A stretch of DNA of 64,000 nucleotides. Origin: the human T2T-CHM13v2.0 reference genome, Homo sapiens. This document shows, piece by piece, positions 15,607-30,360 of this stretch (position 1 is the first letter of the stretch; each line of letters opens with the position of its first letter). The notes under the pieces are model-generated. The model worked only from the letters and a program-made list of their open reading frames with translations, was not told the origin of the DNA and ran no database searches. The stretch lies in the NCBI RefSeq assembly GCF_009914755.1, contig NC_060939.1; one strand, 5' to 3'. Both the position numbers and the translations under genes were made by a program.

Positions 15607-15909
15607 TTATTTTTTTATTTATTTTTTGAGATGGAGTCTCACTCTTGTCACCCAGACTGGAGTGCAGTGGCGTGATCTTGGCTCATTGCAACCTCTGCCC
15701 CCCCGGGTTCAAGCAATTCTCCTGCCTCAGCCTCCCGAGTAGCTGGGATTACAGGTGCCTGCCACCGTGCCCTGCTAATTTTTGTATTTTTAGTAGAGAC
15801 GGGGTTTCACCATCTTGGCCAGGCTGGTCTTGAACTCCTGACCTTGGGATCCACCCACCTCGGGCTCCCAAAGTGCTGGGATTACAGGTGTGAGCCACCG
15901 TGCCCGGCC
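15607..15909 (-). mobile_element. Alu (AluS-like)
   Basis: Antisense Alu consensus. Confidence 0.94.
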
Positions 15910-16044
15910 GAGACATTTCAGAGAGGAAAAGGGCTTCCTTCCAAATGTCCCTTGGTGGGAACTGTGTGGGACTGGGATGGGAATGGTTCAGAAGGCTCAT
16001 ACATGAGCGGCTATACTTCTGACCTTTTTGTGGGGTCCTTTCTA

Positions 16045-16380
<336 letters not shown>

Positions 16381-16718
16381 CTAAGGATGGGGGTTGACTC
16401 TTCTGACTTCTGCTCCACTGTGAATTAGTTTATTATTATGTTCCTATCTACCCCTTACCCATGTCCTCCCATCCCCTGCAAAGCTGGAGCTTACCTCTGA
16501 GAGCTTTAAAAAACACTTCAGAAAAGAGGAAATTTAGAAACAACAAGACCATTTCCCAAACTGGAGCTACACTCACCCTTTCTCAAAACATGCAATTTGG
16601 AATTAATAGAGGTGATGACCCACACCCAGCTATTTCAGAGCTCGGCTGAGAAAACTTGTCACCCACATTCTGGCGTCAGTCTCATCCAAGATGGCTTTGC
16701 CAGAGGGTCCCTCTTTCA

Positions 16719-17009
<291 letters not shown>

Positions 17010-18323
17010 CTAGTGGAATATAAACTCACTTGGAAGGTAACTGTGTCAAACAGAACAGCCATGAATTCCCTCCCATTCAGGTGTGGGGTTTCAAAACTCT
17101 AGGGTCACAATTCACCTGGTGCATATGCCCTGCACACCAAATCCCTCCCCTTCACTCCGAGATGACTATTGCTACTCCTGGGTTGTTTGGGTTTTTTCCC
17201 CAGTGAGTCTGACTGATTGAAAAGGCTCCTCCTCTCCTCTCAGTTCCCACACTCCTAGAGCACCAGGGGGTGTTCCTGCCAAAACCACATTGCCCCTGCT
17301 TCCACACTCACCTGCTGACCCAGCTTAGCATTGGCAGCTACTGCTGAAGTGAGGGTGCCAACCTGCCATGGCACCTGTGATTCACTGGGGCTCTAGGCTG
17401 ACTAATTGCATGTGAATTATGAAAATTTCCCACCCAAGGCAGGCTGGCTCCTCCTGGTCCTTCAGACTTGGTGTGAATGCCACTCCCTCTGAGGCCTTCC
17501 CCGAGCCTGAGCCTGCTTTAGCGCCACAGCCCTGGGTATGTGCCCTCTCCGCGTGAGACTCAGTTACGTGATGTAGTCAAGTCTGTCTTTTCCTGCCTGA
17601 GTCTCGGGGCTGTTTCAGTCCAGCTCTCTTCACAACTCTGGACCTTAGGCCTGGCATGGTGCCCAGCACATTGCAGGAACTCTGTACCTCTTTGTAGAAT
17701 GAGTGTAAATGAATACATTTATTCCTGTGTAACACTGGGCAACATGCAGAATTAGGAGGCTTCTCTGATCAATCTTCCCCAGAGGACAGTCTGATCAGCT
17801 CACTTTTCTGTTTTCAAATTTTCAAAGGCCTCCTACAGCCTAGAGAATCAAAGCTCTGACCTCCTTCAGAAGGCACATAAGTTCCTCCCAGATCTGGCCC
17901 CAACCTACCTCTCCAGCCTCAAGTATCAATAATTGCCCTCCGCCCCCATCCCTACCATTTTTTCTCCAGCAACACCAAATGTCTGCAGCGGGCCAAACCG
18001 TTTCCCACCCTCGTGTCTTTGCTCACACCTTCCCTCTGTCTGGGATGTTTTTCCCACTATCCTTCACTTGGCTAACTCAATTCAAACATCTCCTCTCCCA
18101 GGAAGCTTCTATGATACTCCCATGCCCAACCAAGAGCTCTTCCCCTTGGCTCTCAGAACACTCTGCCCCTGTCTCTCAATCTTTACATATTCATGATAAG
18201 TGACCTGTTTATGTGTCTGAGTCCGCATTACACTGTAAGATCAGGGACAATGTTGTATTCATTTTCATATCTCTAGCACTTAGCACCCTGCCTGGCACTG
18301 AGCAGGCGATCAATATATATTTA

Positions 18324-18645
<322 letters not shown>

Positions 18646-19759
18646 AACAACAACAAAAGAAAGACAGAAACAGAGGGACCCAGGTCTGAGAAAGCAGCAA
18701 CCCCTCTCTTCTGTTTCTTACAGATGGCAGCCCACTCCTGTCCAGGTCTCTCCATGATGCCCAATCTGCCCATGCTTAGTGAGGATTGGGGATGTGAGTT
18801 GGGGCCAGTTGAGGCCGCTATATCTCATCTTGGCTAGAGCCACCCCTGGGCCCAGGCTGGGGCTGGAAGGACACATATGTTGGAGTTCTATTTGGGCAGG
18901 TCCAGGAGAGGAATTCATATCAAGCTGAGACAAGGCTCCACGAGGATCCCCAGGGTTTCCTAGCTGACAGCTTTCTGAGAGGCTGAGGGCTGATCCTCTC
19001 CCTCCCACAGTGCTCTTGGCACTGGGGCTCAGCATCAAGAGCCCTCTTCCTTGCCTGGCACTGGACTTCCTGAAGTCCCTGCTGCAGGCTGAATTTGAAA
19101 TGAGAGGCAGGCTTTTAGAAAGGCAGGAGGTGCAGAGCATTGCAATTAATATGACGTTATTTTTACGTATAAAGTAGCGTTTTAGAATGCGTATAGAAAA
19201 CAAAATGTAGAGGAACATACACCAAGCTGGTGATGGTGCTTGGGATGACCTTCATGTATCCATTTTTGTAATGTCTCTTTGCAAATCTTTTTAAACAAGC
19301 ATGTATTAACTTTCATAATTAAAAAGATGTATCATCAAAAAGACACAGAAATAAAGAGACAGTAGCCATGGGGAGGGAGATGCATTGCTGCTCATCAGCC
19401 CTGCTTCTGGCTGAGACATTCAGGGGACAAGTTGTCCTTGGTGTGACAGAACTGATGCTAGGGGTCAGTCACCAAGGGTTGTGAGCATGAAGTGAGAGAG
19501 TGGAAAATGGGACCCCAGTGGAAAAACAGTTTAATGAACCAAAATGCCGGGCATCATCACTGCTGTGATGGTTGCCATGCCTTCCATCTTCACCCTCATG
19601 CTCACTGGAATTCCTGGGTGAGGTGCCTTTAACTGCCCTTACCCTTAGCTCTTGTTGTCCAAATCAGACATGATCAGCAAAGAGAAAGGCCCTCCCACTC
19701 CCTATGGCTGCTCCTCGGGCAACCTGGGCTCACAACACACATCTTCCTCGTGCCATTTA

Positions 19760-20041
<282 letters not shown>

Positions 20042-20769
20042 TCATCCCCACAGTCCCAGAGGAAACGGTTCTGGAGCAAGGGCCCCTGGCGACACCAAGA
20101 GGGGCACGAGGCAGTGGGTCTTAGGGAGTCCATGCTCCCAACACCAGCAACAGGCTCAACATGAACATAAGGTAGAATAATAAAAATTTCCCTTTGGTGG
20201 AATTTCTTGGTTTACAAAGCACATTTACATCCTATCCCCATTTTAAGGTTGAGGAAACAGGCTCAGAGTGATTAAGTAAATTGCCCAAATCACACATCAG
20301 CACAGAGCTGGAAATTGAACACAGCCGATTGATTCCATATTCTGTGCTTTTTCTGCTATACTAATCTTGGTTGGAAAAGAGCAAACCAGACCTTAAGGGT
20401 TGGCATTGACCTCATTATTCCTTTTGTAGGCATTTAATCTAGACAAAGCATTTCATATGTGCACAAAGGTTTAGACACTAAGCTGTTCATCTGAGTGCTG
20501 TTTATGATTCTGAAAAGCTGGAAACCACCTACATGCCCTGTTATTGGGGAGTAGTTAGATAGCTTCAATACATCTCCACCATGGAATCCCATACCATAGA
20601 GACGTAAGGCAGCAAAATCGTGTACATGGACGTGGAAATCTGTATGTGATACATGAAGTCTGAACAGATTATGAACAATGTTTACAGCATGAATTTTTAT
20701 ACATATACACATATACGTGCTGCCCATATGAACAGAGGGTTTTGAAGCCAGTTCAAAAATATCTTAACA

Positions 20770-20817
20770 TTAGGTTGGTGCAAAAGTAATTGTGGATTTT
20801 GCCATTGAAAGTAATGG
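20770..20817 (+). mobile_element. MADE1 (Hsmar1-derived MITE) fragment
   Basis: TTAGGTTGGTGCAAAAGTAATTG...TTTTGCCATTGAAAGTAATGG, the mariner terminal inverted repeat. Confidence 0.8.
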
Positions 20818-20875
20818 AGCTTACTTGAGGGTGGAGGGTGGGAGGAAGGTAAGGATTGAAAAACTACATGTTGGG

Positions 20876-21556
20876 GGTGTGGAGACGATGTGGAGACATA
20901 CCAACACTTTTACACTGTTGGTAGGACTGTAAACTAGTTCAACCATTGTGGAAGACAGTGTGGCGATTCCTCAAGGGTCTAGAACTAGAAATACCATTTG
21001 ACCCAGCCATACCATTACTGGGCATATACCCAAAGGATTATAAATCATGCTGCTATAAAGACACATGCACACGTATGTTTATTGTGGCACTATCCATAAT
21101 AGCAAAGACTTGGAACCAACCCAAATGTCCATCAATGATAGACTGGATTAAGAAAATGTGGCACATATACACCATGGAATACTATGCAGCCATAAAAAAT
21201 GATGAGTTCATGTCCTTTATAGGGACATGGATGCAGCTGGAAACCATCATTCTGAGCAAACTATTGCAAGGACGTAAGACCAAACACCACATGTTCTCAC
21301 TCATAGGTGGGAATTGAACAATGAGAACACTTGGACACAGGGTGGGGAACATCACACACCAGGGCCTGTCGTGGGGTGGGGGGAAGAGGGGAGGGATAGC
21401 ATTAGGAGATATACCTAATGTAAATGACAAGTTAATGGGTGCAGCACACCAACATGGCACATGTATACATATGTAACAAACCTGCATGTTGTGCACACAT
21501 ACCATAGAACTTAACGTATAATAATAAAAAAAAGAAACCATTACAAAAAAAAAAAA
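20876..21556 (+). mobile_element. L1PA 3' end (about 0.7 kb) inserted into an older L1 3' UTR (about 20820-21700)
   Basis: ORF 20946-21317 is the L1 ORF2 C-terminus; A tail; TSD gaaaaactac(a/c)tgttggg at 20858-20875 and 21557-21574. Confidence 0.92.
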
Positions 21557-23345
21557 GAAAAACTACCTGTTGGGTAGTATGCTTATTACCTGGGTAATAA
21601 AATAATGCGTACATCAAACCAAACCTCTGTGGTGTGCAATTTACCTACATAGCAAATCTGTATGTGTACCCCTGAACCTAAAATAAAGGTTAAAAATTAT
21701 CTTTTTAAAGTTAAGAACAAACAAACAAAAGGCCATGGGCACAGACGTCCGCTTTGCAGGGTCCTAGAACTGTCTGGAAACTCTGTCTGACCCTGAGGGA
21801 AAGGTGCCCTCCTCAGAGGCAGCCTCAGACACAGCCTGATAGGAGGCTGGTGCAGGAGGCGTCGTTGCTGAGATGTATTTTATTGAGGGTTTGGGCCAGT
21901 GTGGCGAGAAGCTGCAGGTTCATGGTTGAGACCACACAGCCCCCTTCTCTCAGCCAGGGCCAGCAGTGGCCTGAGCTACACAGTGAGGCTTCCCAGCCAA
22001 TACCCTCCTGTCCTGCAGCACCACAGGGCACTTCAGCCCCCACCAACCCTAGGCCCAGTGTTGGGTCTCCCGGGGCCTGGGTGTGGCACAAGCTCAAGAG
22101 AGAAGGCCCCATCATTAACGCTTTTCTCCCCACTGCTCAGAAGGCCCTGAGAGAGAGAGAGAGAGAGATACGAGACAGAGACAGGGAAAACAGTCGACTG
22201 GCCCTCCTGGATCCCATGGCAGGGTCTCTCCACCTGGCTGATGGGTGAGCATTCTCAGCCATTCGGGGACAGGGAAGCGGGTAGTGGTTAGAGGCGTTAG
22301 AACCCATCCAGGGCTCTGGGTCCTGATGTGACCCAGGAGGCCCCCTTGGGATAAGGCTGGGGGAGAAGGTAGAAAGAGAGGGAAGATGGGAAGCGGATGG
22401 TCCCCTAAGTCAGAAGCCAGACTTGGGAGTCTGGCCTCTGCTCAAAGCACAGCAGACCCGTTCTCTACTCCTGACCCCTTCTGCCCACACCATGTCCTTG
22501 TGTCTGCCTATGTATCTAGCCCTGTCCCCAACTAGATTTAGAGGTCAGGGCTTGTGAGACAGGTAGTGTGAGATATTCACTGTTACTTTGTCTATAGAAG
22601 AAGAAGAAAAAAAAAAACCGGAAACAGCTAAAATGCCCATAGAGAACTAGTTAAAAATATCTGGTGCATCCAAACAGTGAAATAATTGTAGCTGCTAAGA
22701 AGAATGCTCCGATAGGAAAATGTGCCCAAAGTTGAATTGTTAAATTAAAAAAAAAAAAAAGCTGGAGAATGGTATGTATTACATAATCTCACTTACGGTA
22801 TGTATTGTAGAATCACACACACACAGAGGCATACATATTTGATTAAGCATAGAACACTTTTGTAAAACTACACAAGAAAATGTTAAAGGTGAATGGAATC
22901 TGAAAGAATAGAACTGCTGTTGAATGGAACTTAGAGATTGGGAGGCTTTACTTTTTACTTTACACTTTTCTCTTTCTTTTTTTTTGACCCTTTCCTTCAT
23001 TCCATAAATACTCAGTGCAGTGCATTCGTTCCTTTTATAACGAAAAATACTCTAGTTAACTTAAAATTATATGATGAAGGTAGATGTTATTCACGATCAA
23101 ACTTAATTGTAACAGTTTTTCTGTTTAAGCAAAGATGATTTGGTTTATAACTTGAAAATTCTAAATAAGTAAATGAATAGCAAGATTTCCTGCCCTGATT
23201 GGTGGTAGTTGGGGCGGATGCTGAGTGCAGGGAATTGAGGAGGCTCTGGGTGGCCCGGGAGCGGGGTCTAGAAACCCTTGAGCCTGTCTCTCTGGCAGCA
23301 CTGACAGAAGAGAAAGGAGGGCACCGCCTGGGCACCCAGCCTTAC

Positions 23346-23591
23346 CTGGGCACCAGGGATTGAAAAGCAGGATGAACTCCCCTAGCTGGTAGGCCGTCAC
23401 AGACCCCTGGAAGGAGTCGATGTGGATTTTCAAGAGGTACCGACCCACGGCCGCCGTGGGAGGAGCGCACAAGCTCACCTCTGTGGAGGTGGCCCCATTG
23501 GTCTCCAGCCAGGCAATCCAGGGGCTGGGGCTGTGATGGCGTGCCAGGCTGAACACAGCCCGAGTCCCCAAGGCCAGGTCTGGCAGCGGTC
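23346..23591 (-). CDS. TGM5: Transglutaminase 5, exon 3 (246 nt)
   Basis: CCTAG|GA CCG...TGC CCA G|GTAAG; [13 protein letters not shown]...AAVGRYLL...[10 protein letters not shown]; Gly113 codon GGT at 23445-23443. Confidence 0.97.
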
Positions 23592-23693
23592 CTAGGAGGG
23601 AAGTAGAGCTGAGGCCCTCCATGGCGACCTCCAAACCCCCGAAAATCCCCTCCCAGACACACACAGCCCCTGTGAGCCAGCTGGGGTTCTTAC

Positions 23694-23873
23694 CAGTTTC
23701 AACCACGAAGATGATGTTGTCCAGGCCTGGCTGGAAGCTCCGGTTCCTGAAGTACAGGGTGAGGTTGAAGGCCTGGCCCCGGCGAACAAGCAGGTGGTCC
23801 ACAGTGATCTCCTCCGTGTGGTGCCGCACATTATTTCTGGAGCTCTGGAGGTCTGTGAGGGCCACTTCTAGCC
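23694..23873 (-). CDS. TGM5: Transglutaminase 5, exon 2 (180 nt, beta-sandwich domain)
   Basis: TTGCAG|GG CTA GAA...GAA ACT G|GTAAG; encodes [35 protein letters not shown]...FVVET with the TGase LVRRGQ motif. Confidence 0.97.
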
Positions 23874-24177
23874 CTGCAATGGGGCAGCCAGGGTTAGACA
23901 AAATAGTGGGGTTGTGGAGCCAATCCTGTCCACCACTTACTAGTTCTGCAAACTTGAGAAAGTAACTTAGCTTGAGCCTCAGTTTCCATATCAGTAAAAT
24001 AGAGTCCATAAGATCAGCCTGCCAGGATGAGGATAAGGATGAGGATTTAATGAGGTTCCATGCATGCGCTTTCCTCTTTTTTCCTTCCTCTCCTATCTCT
24101 CTGACCCTCTATCTTCTTCTCCCTTACACCCTCCTGGAGGGGCATGGTTTTCTGCCTCTGTCCAAGTCCTTCTGTAG

Positions 24178-24680
<503 letters not shown>

Positions 24681-25734
24681 GCTAGCTGCTCTTCTTTTAG
24701 CCATCTGCTGGCTCTCTGACCACCACAGGCCACGTGCTCAGTGCCCTGGGAGCTTGGATGCTGACAACAGTCAAAGAAAGTTTCATTCCCAACCTTCTGG
24801 AGCCTCTGCTAAAACACAGACTGACCTCACTAGTCTCCAAGTGTGTCTCTGCCAGAAGGGTCTGTTTTTGATTTTTCCTTGTTTGACCATGGTTCTGCCA
24901 TGGTCCGAGTCACCTGGTGGGCTCACAGCCTTTAAATCACAATTGGCTCACCCATCTTCTTCTCAGCCCATGCCCATTCACCTGTCACTAACTCTCTTCA
25001 TGCCTTCCATTAAAACATCTCTGGTGTCTATCCATCCTTTTCCACATTCACATAATTCCAACGTCTTCTCATACCGAGTCACCATAATGGCCTCCATGAG
25101 GTCTCCTGCCTCCTGTATCTCTCCCCATCTCCCATCTCTTAATGCATTATCAGATTACCTTTCCTCAAGACAATTTAATCATGCCATTCTTTTGCTTTAC
25201 AAGTTCTGAGATCTCCTACAGTCTGCCATATAAAAGGCACATTCCTTAACTTGACACAGCTCTTCATACTTGGCCTTAGCTTATTCTTGCATTCTCACTT
25301 CTCATCATTCCCAGCATTGACCCTGTCCTCTAGCCAATCTATCCCCAAGCAAATCCCTGTTTTTGTATTTGCTGTTATAGCCCCAACTCAAGGGCCCCTC
25401 ACTCTCTAACCAAATTCCACCTGTCCTCCAATACCTACCTGCTCCATGAAGCCTGCCTCAGTTGGCCCACCCTTCTTTCCATCACCTACTGAGCTATACA
25501 CTTACCTGAATCGCTCATCTGCTTAATTGACAAGTTAATTTACATGACCGGTTCATTTGTTCATTCATATCAACAGACCTACTAGTGTAAGGATTAGGAT
25601 GAGGTGTTCAGATGTTTTTCTTAGCTACTTTTTTGTCTGTCTTTTGCCTCTAGATATAAGCCAATAAGTACAGAGACCTAGCTGCTTTTTCTTGGTTGTA
25701 TTTAGACTTTTTCAAAGTGAATCAGCGAATTCAA

Positions 25735-28085
25735 CAGAATCCAACATTCTTTCATGATAAAAATATTCAACAAACTAAGAATAGAAGGGGACTTCCAGCC
25801 GGGCGTGGTGGCTCACACCTATAATTTCAGCACTTTGGGAGGCCGAGGCGGGTGGATCACAAGGTCAGGAGTTCAAGACCAGCCTGGCTAAGATGGTGAA
25901 ACCCTGTCTCTACTAAAAATACAAAAGTTAGCCGGGCGTGGTGGTGGGCCCCTGTAATCCCAGCTACTCTGGAGGCTGAGGCAGAGAATTGCTTGAACCT
26001 GGGAGGTGGAGGTTGCAGTGAGCCAAGATCGCACCACTGCCCTCCAAAGCCCACAGCCAATACCATACTTAATAGTAAAAGATTGGATGCTTTCTTGCTA
26101 AGATAAGGAACAAGACAAGAATGTCTCCTGTTGTCACATCTATTTAACATTCTACTAGAGGTTCTAGCTAGGGCTATTAGGCAAAAAGAAAAAAAATCAA
26201 AGACATACAGATTGGAAAGAAGTAAAATTGTTTCTATTTACATGTGACATAATCTTGTATATAGAAAATCCCAAGGAACCCGCCAAAAAATATAATTAAT
26301 AAATGAATTCAGCAAGGTTGCAGGACACAATATCAATATACAAAAACCAATTGTATTTTTATACATTTGCAAGGAGTAACCTGAAAATAAAATTAAGAAA
26401 ATAATTCCATTTATAACAGCATCAAAAAGAATGACTTAGTAAATTTAACAAAAGTGCAAAGCCTATATCACAAAACATCACTGAAAGAAATTAAAGAAGA
26501 CCTAAATAAATGAAAAGACATTCCAGGTTCATGGATTGGAAGGCAATATCATTAAGATAACAAGTTTTTCTGCAGATTCAACACAATCCCTAACAAAATC
26601 CCAACAGCCATTTTGTAGAAATTGATAAGTGGATCCTAAAATTCATATGGAAATACAAGGGATCCATACTAGCCAAACAGTATTGAAAAGTAAATACAAA
26701 ATTAGAGGAGTGGCACTTCTTGATCAAGGCAATGTGGTAGTGGCATAAGGATAGACATATAGATCAGTGGAATAGAACTGAGAGTCTAGCAAAAAACTCC
26801 CATTTACAGTCAATTGATCTTTGACAAAGGTGCCAAGACAATTCAATGGGGGAAAGAATGCTCTTTTCAAAAAGTGGTGCTGGGACAAGTGGATATCCAC
26901 ATGCAAAAGAATGAAGTTAGATGCATAACTCACACCATTTATTAAAAATTAACTCAAAATGGATCAAAGACCTAAACATAAAAGCTAAAGCTATGAAACT
27001 CCTGGAAGAAAACATAGAGGTAAGTCTTTGTGATCTTAGACTAGGCAACAGCTTCTCAGATATGACAGCAGAAGTACAAACAGTGAGAGAAAAACCAAAT
27101 GAATTGGACCTCATCAAAATTAATAACTTTTTGTCTTCAAGAACATCGTCAAGAAAGTGAAGAGAAAAGCCATAGAATGTTAGGAAATGTTTGTAAATCC
27201 TATATCTGGCAAAGGACTTATATCCAGAATACTTTTTAAAAAATTCATATAACTCTACAATAAAAGAGACAACTCAAATTTAAAATGGGCAACTGACCTG
27301 AATACACATTTCTCCAAAGGAGATACGCAAAAGGCTAATAAATACACGAAAAGATGCTCAACATCATTAGTCCTAGGGAAACACAAATGAGATACCATCT
27401 CGTATCTCCTAGGATGACTATAATAACAAGTGTTAGTGGGAATGCAGAGAAATTGGAATCCTCATACATTGCTCATGGGGTTGTAAAATGGTGCAGCACT
27501 TTGGAAAACAGTCTGGAAGTTCCTCAAGACATTCAACAAAGAGTTACCATAGGACCTAACAATTCGATCCCCAGGTATATACCCAAGATAAATGAAAACA
27601 TGTTCACATAATACCTGAAAAATGGTAGCAGTATTATTCATAATAGCCAAAAAGTAGAAACAACACAATTGTCCATCAACTGAAGAATAGATAAACAAAA
27701 TGATATACAAAGGAATATCATCCAGCTATAAAAAAAAAGAATGCTGAACATACTAAATATGGATGAACCTTGAAAATATTGTGCTAAGTGAAAACAGTCA
27801 GACATAAAAAGACACATATTATATGATTATATTTATATGAAATGTCCAGAATAGGCAAATTCATAGAGACAGAAAGTAGATTTAGGGCTTGCTAGGAGCT
27901 AAAGAAAGGTGGAATGGGACGTGACTGCCAATGTGTATGGGATTTCTTTTTGAGGTAATGAAATGTTCTGAAACTAGATAGTGGCGATACTCGCAAAATT
28001 TTGTGAGTATATGAAAAACCACTGAATTGTGGACTTTATAAAGCTGAACTTGATGGTATATGAATTATATCTCAATAAAAGTTGT
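25735..28085 (+). mobile_element. Old L1M (L1MB-like) ORF2 3' half plus 3' UTR, interrupted by an Alu
   Basis: Degenerate ORF2 peptides (KINSKWIKDLNIK, MRYHL...), L1M-type 3' UTR ending ctcaataaaa. Confidence 0.85.
25797..26040 (+). mobile_element. Alu (3'-truncated) inside the L1M
   Basis: Alu consensus ending abruptly at gcaccactgc. Confidence 0.9.
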
Positions 28086-30131
28086 TATAAACAAATATGA
28101 ACCAAATTGACTGTGCCAAAATACCCTAATAAGTATTACACTTTATGTTAAATCTCTTTGAGTGCTTTTGATTACTTTAACACACATCTGTTTCATAAAC
28201 TAGTTTTTTATTATTATAAAAGAAATTAAGCATAATGATCAGCATATTGTAGGTACTCAGATTTGCTAGGTTGAATAGAATTCTCTATCTTTTGCAAAAT
28301 CACCCTGTACGTATTTCAGATTTCAGATTTAATCAACATCTTATTGAGGGCCTATCTACTATGTGCCAGGCACTGTGCCAGGTACGCTAGGACAGTTATC
28401 TCATTTAATCTTCATCGCATCCTTGCAGGGACAAAATGTCATGTCATCCACACTTGGAGATGAGAAAATCAAGGTTCAGGTGGGTTAAATATCTCGTCTA
28501 AGGTTAAACCAGGATTCCTGAGCCCAGTCCAGTGCTCTTCCCATCACCCCCAAGAGCTGTTGCCCACTGTTGGCTTTCACTCATGATCAAAAAAATGTCC
28601 ACACCCACTGCCAGCTAAGAAAGCACTTGGCTTTTACCTAACAGTGGAAAAAGAAGCTTGCCCCCTTTGGAGACCAATTTATTAGACAGCACTAACTGGC
28701 TACAGTTCAGGTTGGGCACATGACGCAGGCTACTCAGCAGGCATGGCAGCATCTGCCTGGCAGCAAGCGCTGGGACAAAATTCCATCCTCTAGAGACATC
28801 CTGGGCCATGTTAATCTCTGCCTAAGACAGGAATGACTCTTCAGCCCAGGTGCCATCTATTCAAATAGGAGGTTCATTGACTACTGGGCATATTTGTTTT
28901 CCTTGAGGTGAGAGGAGAATGGGGTGAGATGATCAGGAAATAAACAGAAGACTGTAGAAAGAACTTTTAAAGTAAGTGATCTTAGTAGTTATCCTAGAGA
29001 GACACTCCCACGTGAGCACACAGAGGCATGGATAAGTATGTTCCTTGCAATATTGCTTGTGTAACCGGAAAATTGAAAACAACCTAAATGCCCATCAATA
29101 GGGGACAGGATTAGAAATTACTTGCACTGATACTATGAGAAATATTGAGGTAGATCTATAGGTACTGACTGGCATGGACAGAGCTCCCAGACATACTGTG
29201 GAGTGAAAAAAATCAAGTTGTAGAAATATACATACAATATGATGATACCATGGATATACCAAAAAAGACCACACATGCTAATCCTATGTATTACATTGAG
29301 TAAATGTATGTCTGAGTGTAAATGTGCAGACAAAAGACAGGTAACAGTGTTTACTCTGGAGATGAGGCTGCCATTGGGGATGGCGGGCAGAGGACTATAG
29401 CTTTATCTATAATTATTTATTTATTTTACTCCAACTATGTATTCCCATATTTCTTGTGCAATTAAAAGTTATGAAAATTTTAAAACAAAAATTTAAACAC
29501 AAAAAGTAATAAATAAAGGTAAGGTTGTTACAGTTGTAGAGGAAGTTGAAAGCTTATTCCTCTAAATGATTTCAACTAACGATTTAATCTTCACAGCAAC
29601 TCTTTCCAGAGTGAGGGGGATGATATAGAGAGAAGGTTGGTGATGGGAAGATTAGCTAAGATCAGTAATAGACCTTCTGAAATGGAGGAAGAAGAGAAGA
29701 TATGAAGATTCAGAGAACTTAAGAGCTGGAAGACAATTTCAAGATTGTCTGGTCCAATCCCTCCTTTTTCAGGCAAGGGGGTTGGAAACTAGAGGCGAAG
29801 TGACTTGTCCAATGTCAAAGGGTCAGCTAGTAGCAGAGAAGGACAGAAACCCTGACCCCCTCATCTCTGGCCCTGCCCTGTCCCACCTGGCTATGGAGGC
29901 AGGCATGTTAGCAAGCAGCTGTGTGCTGTGTTTACCTGTCTGCCTCTACGCTGTCTCCTGGTTCTCAAGCCACCAATGAATACTGAGGTTTCTGGGATTC
30001 TTGCTTTTCCTGCCTCAGTTCTGTATTTACTTCTTTATTTCTCTGAATCCACCCTCCACCCCTTGACTTCCTACAGTCTCTCTCTGTCCTTCTTATCCCT
30101 GAACTCCAGTGGCCACAGGGGCTTTCCCTAC

Positions 30132-30141
30132 CTTGGGCCAT
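30132..30141 (-). CDS. TGM5: Transglutaminase 5, coding exon 1 (MAQ-G)
   Basis: Minus strand GCAGCTACC-ATG GCC CAA G|GTAGG: good Kozak, 10 coding nt, phase-1 donor that joins exon 2 to give [11 protein letters not shown]. Confidence 0.93.
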
Positions 30142-30360
30142 GGTAGCTGCCTCCGGTTCCTGGGATGCTCCCCACAGAACAGCTGGGCGGTCTGGAGCTT
30201 CAGCAAACTGGTGCCAGAGTGTCTACTTCCCCTTCCATTGGAAGCCTCCAGGAGAACCGAAGGCGGGGCTGGACTGCTGCACTGCCACCTGATTACCGAG
30301 CAGATCACAACTGGTTTGCTCACTTGCCCTCAGGTTTTTCTTGGCAGTGTTGCTGAATTG
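30142..30360 (-). promoter_or_regulatory. TGM5 5' UTR / proximal promoter (no obvious TATA)
   Basis: Directly upstream of the ATG; GC-box-like AGGCGGGGC near 30261-30269, GRHL-like AACTGGTT near 30309-30316, NFI half-site TTGGCA near 30341. Motif matches only. Confidence 0.45.

Noticed and set aside
23161-24009. 282-aa ORF as a stand-alone gene
   Set aside because: It is TGM5 exons 2 and 3 with read-through of flanking intron; the upstream ATG lies in a MIR-like fragment. Only the intron-2 property was kept as a finding.
28615-28809. ORF starting ATG GCC CAG G (MAQ...), resembling TGM5 exon 1, inside intron 1
   Set aside because: Followed by AT rather than a GT donor, and no TGase similarity downstream; the true exon 1 is at 30132-30141.
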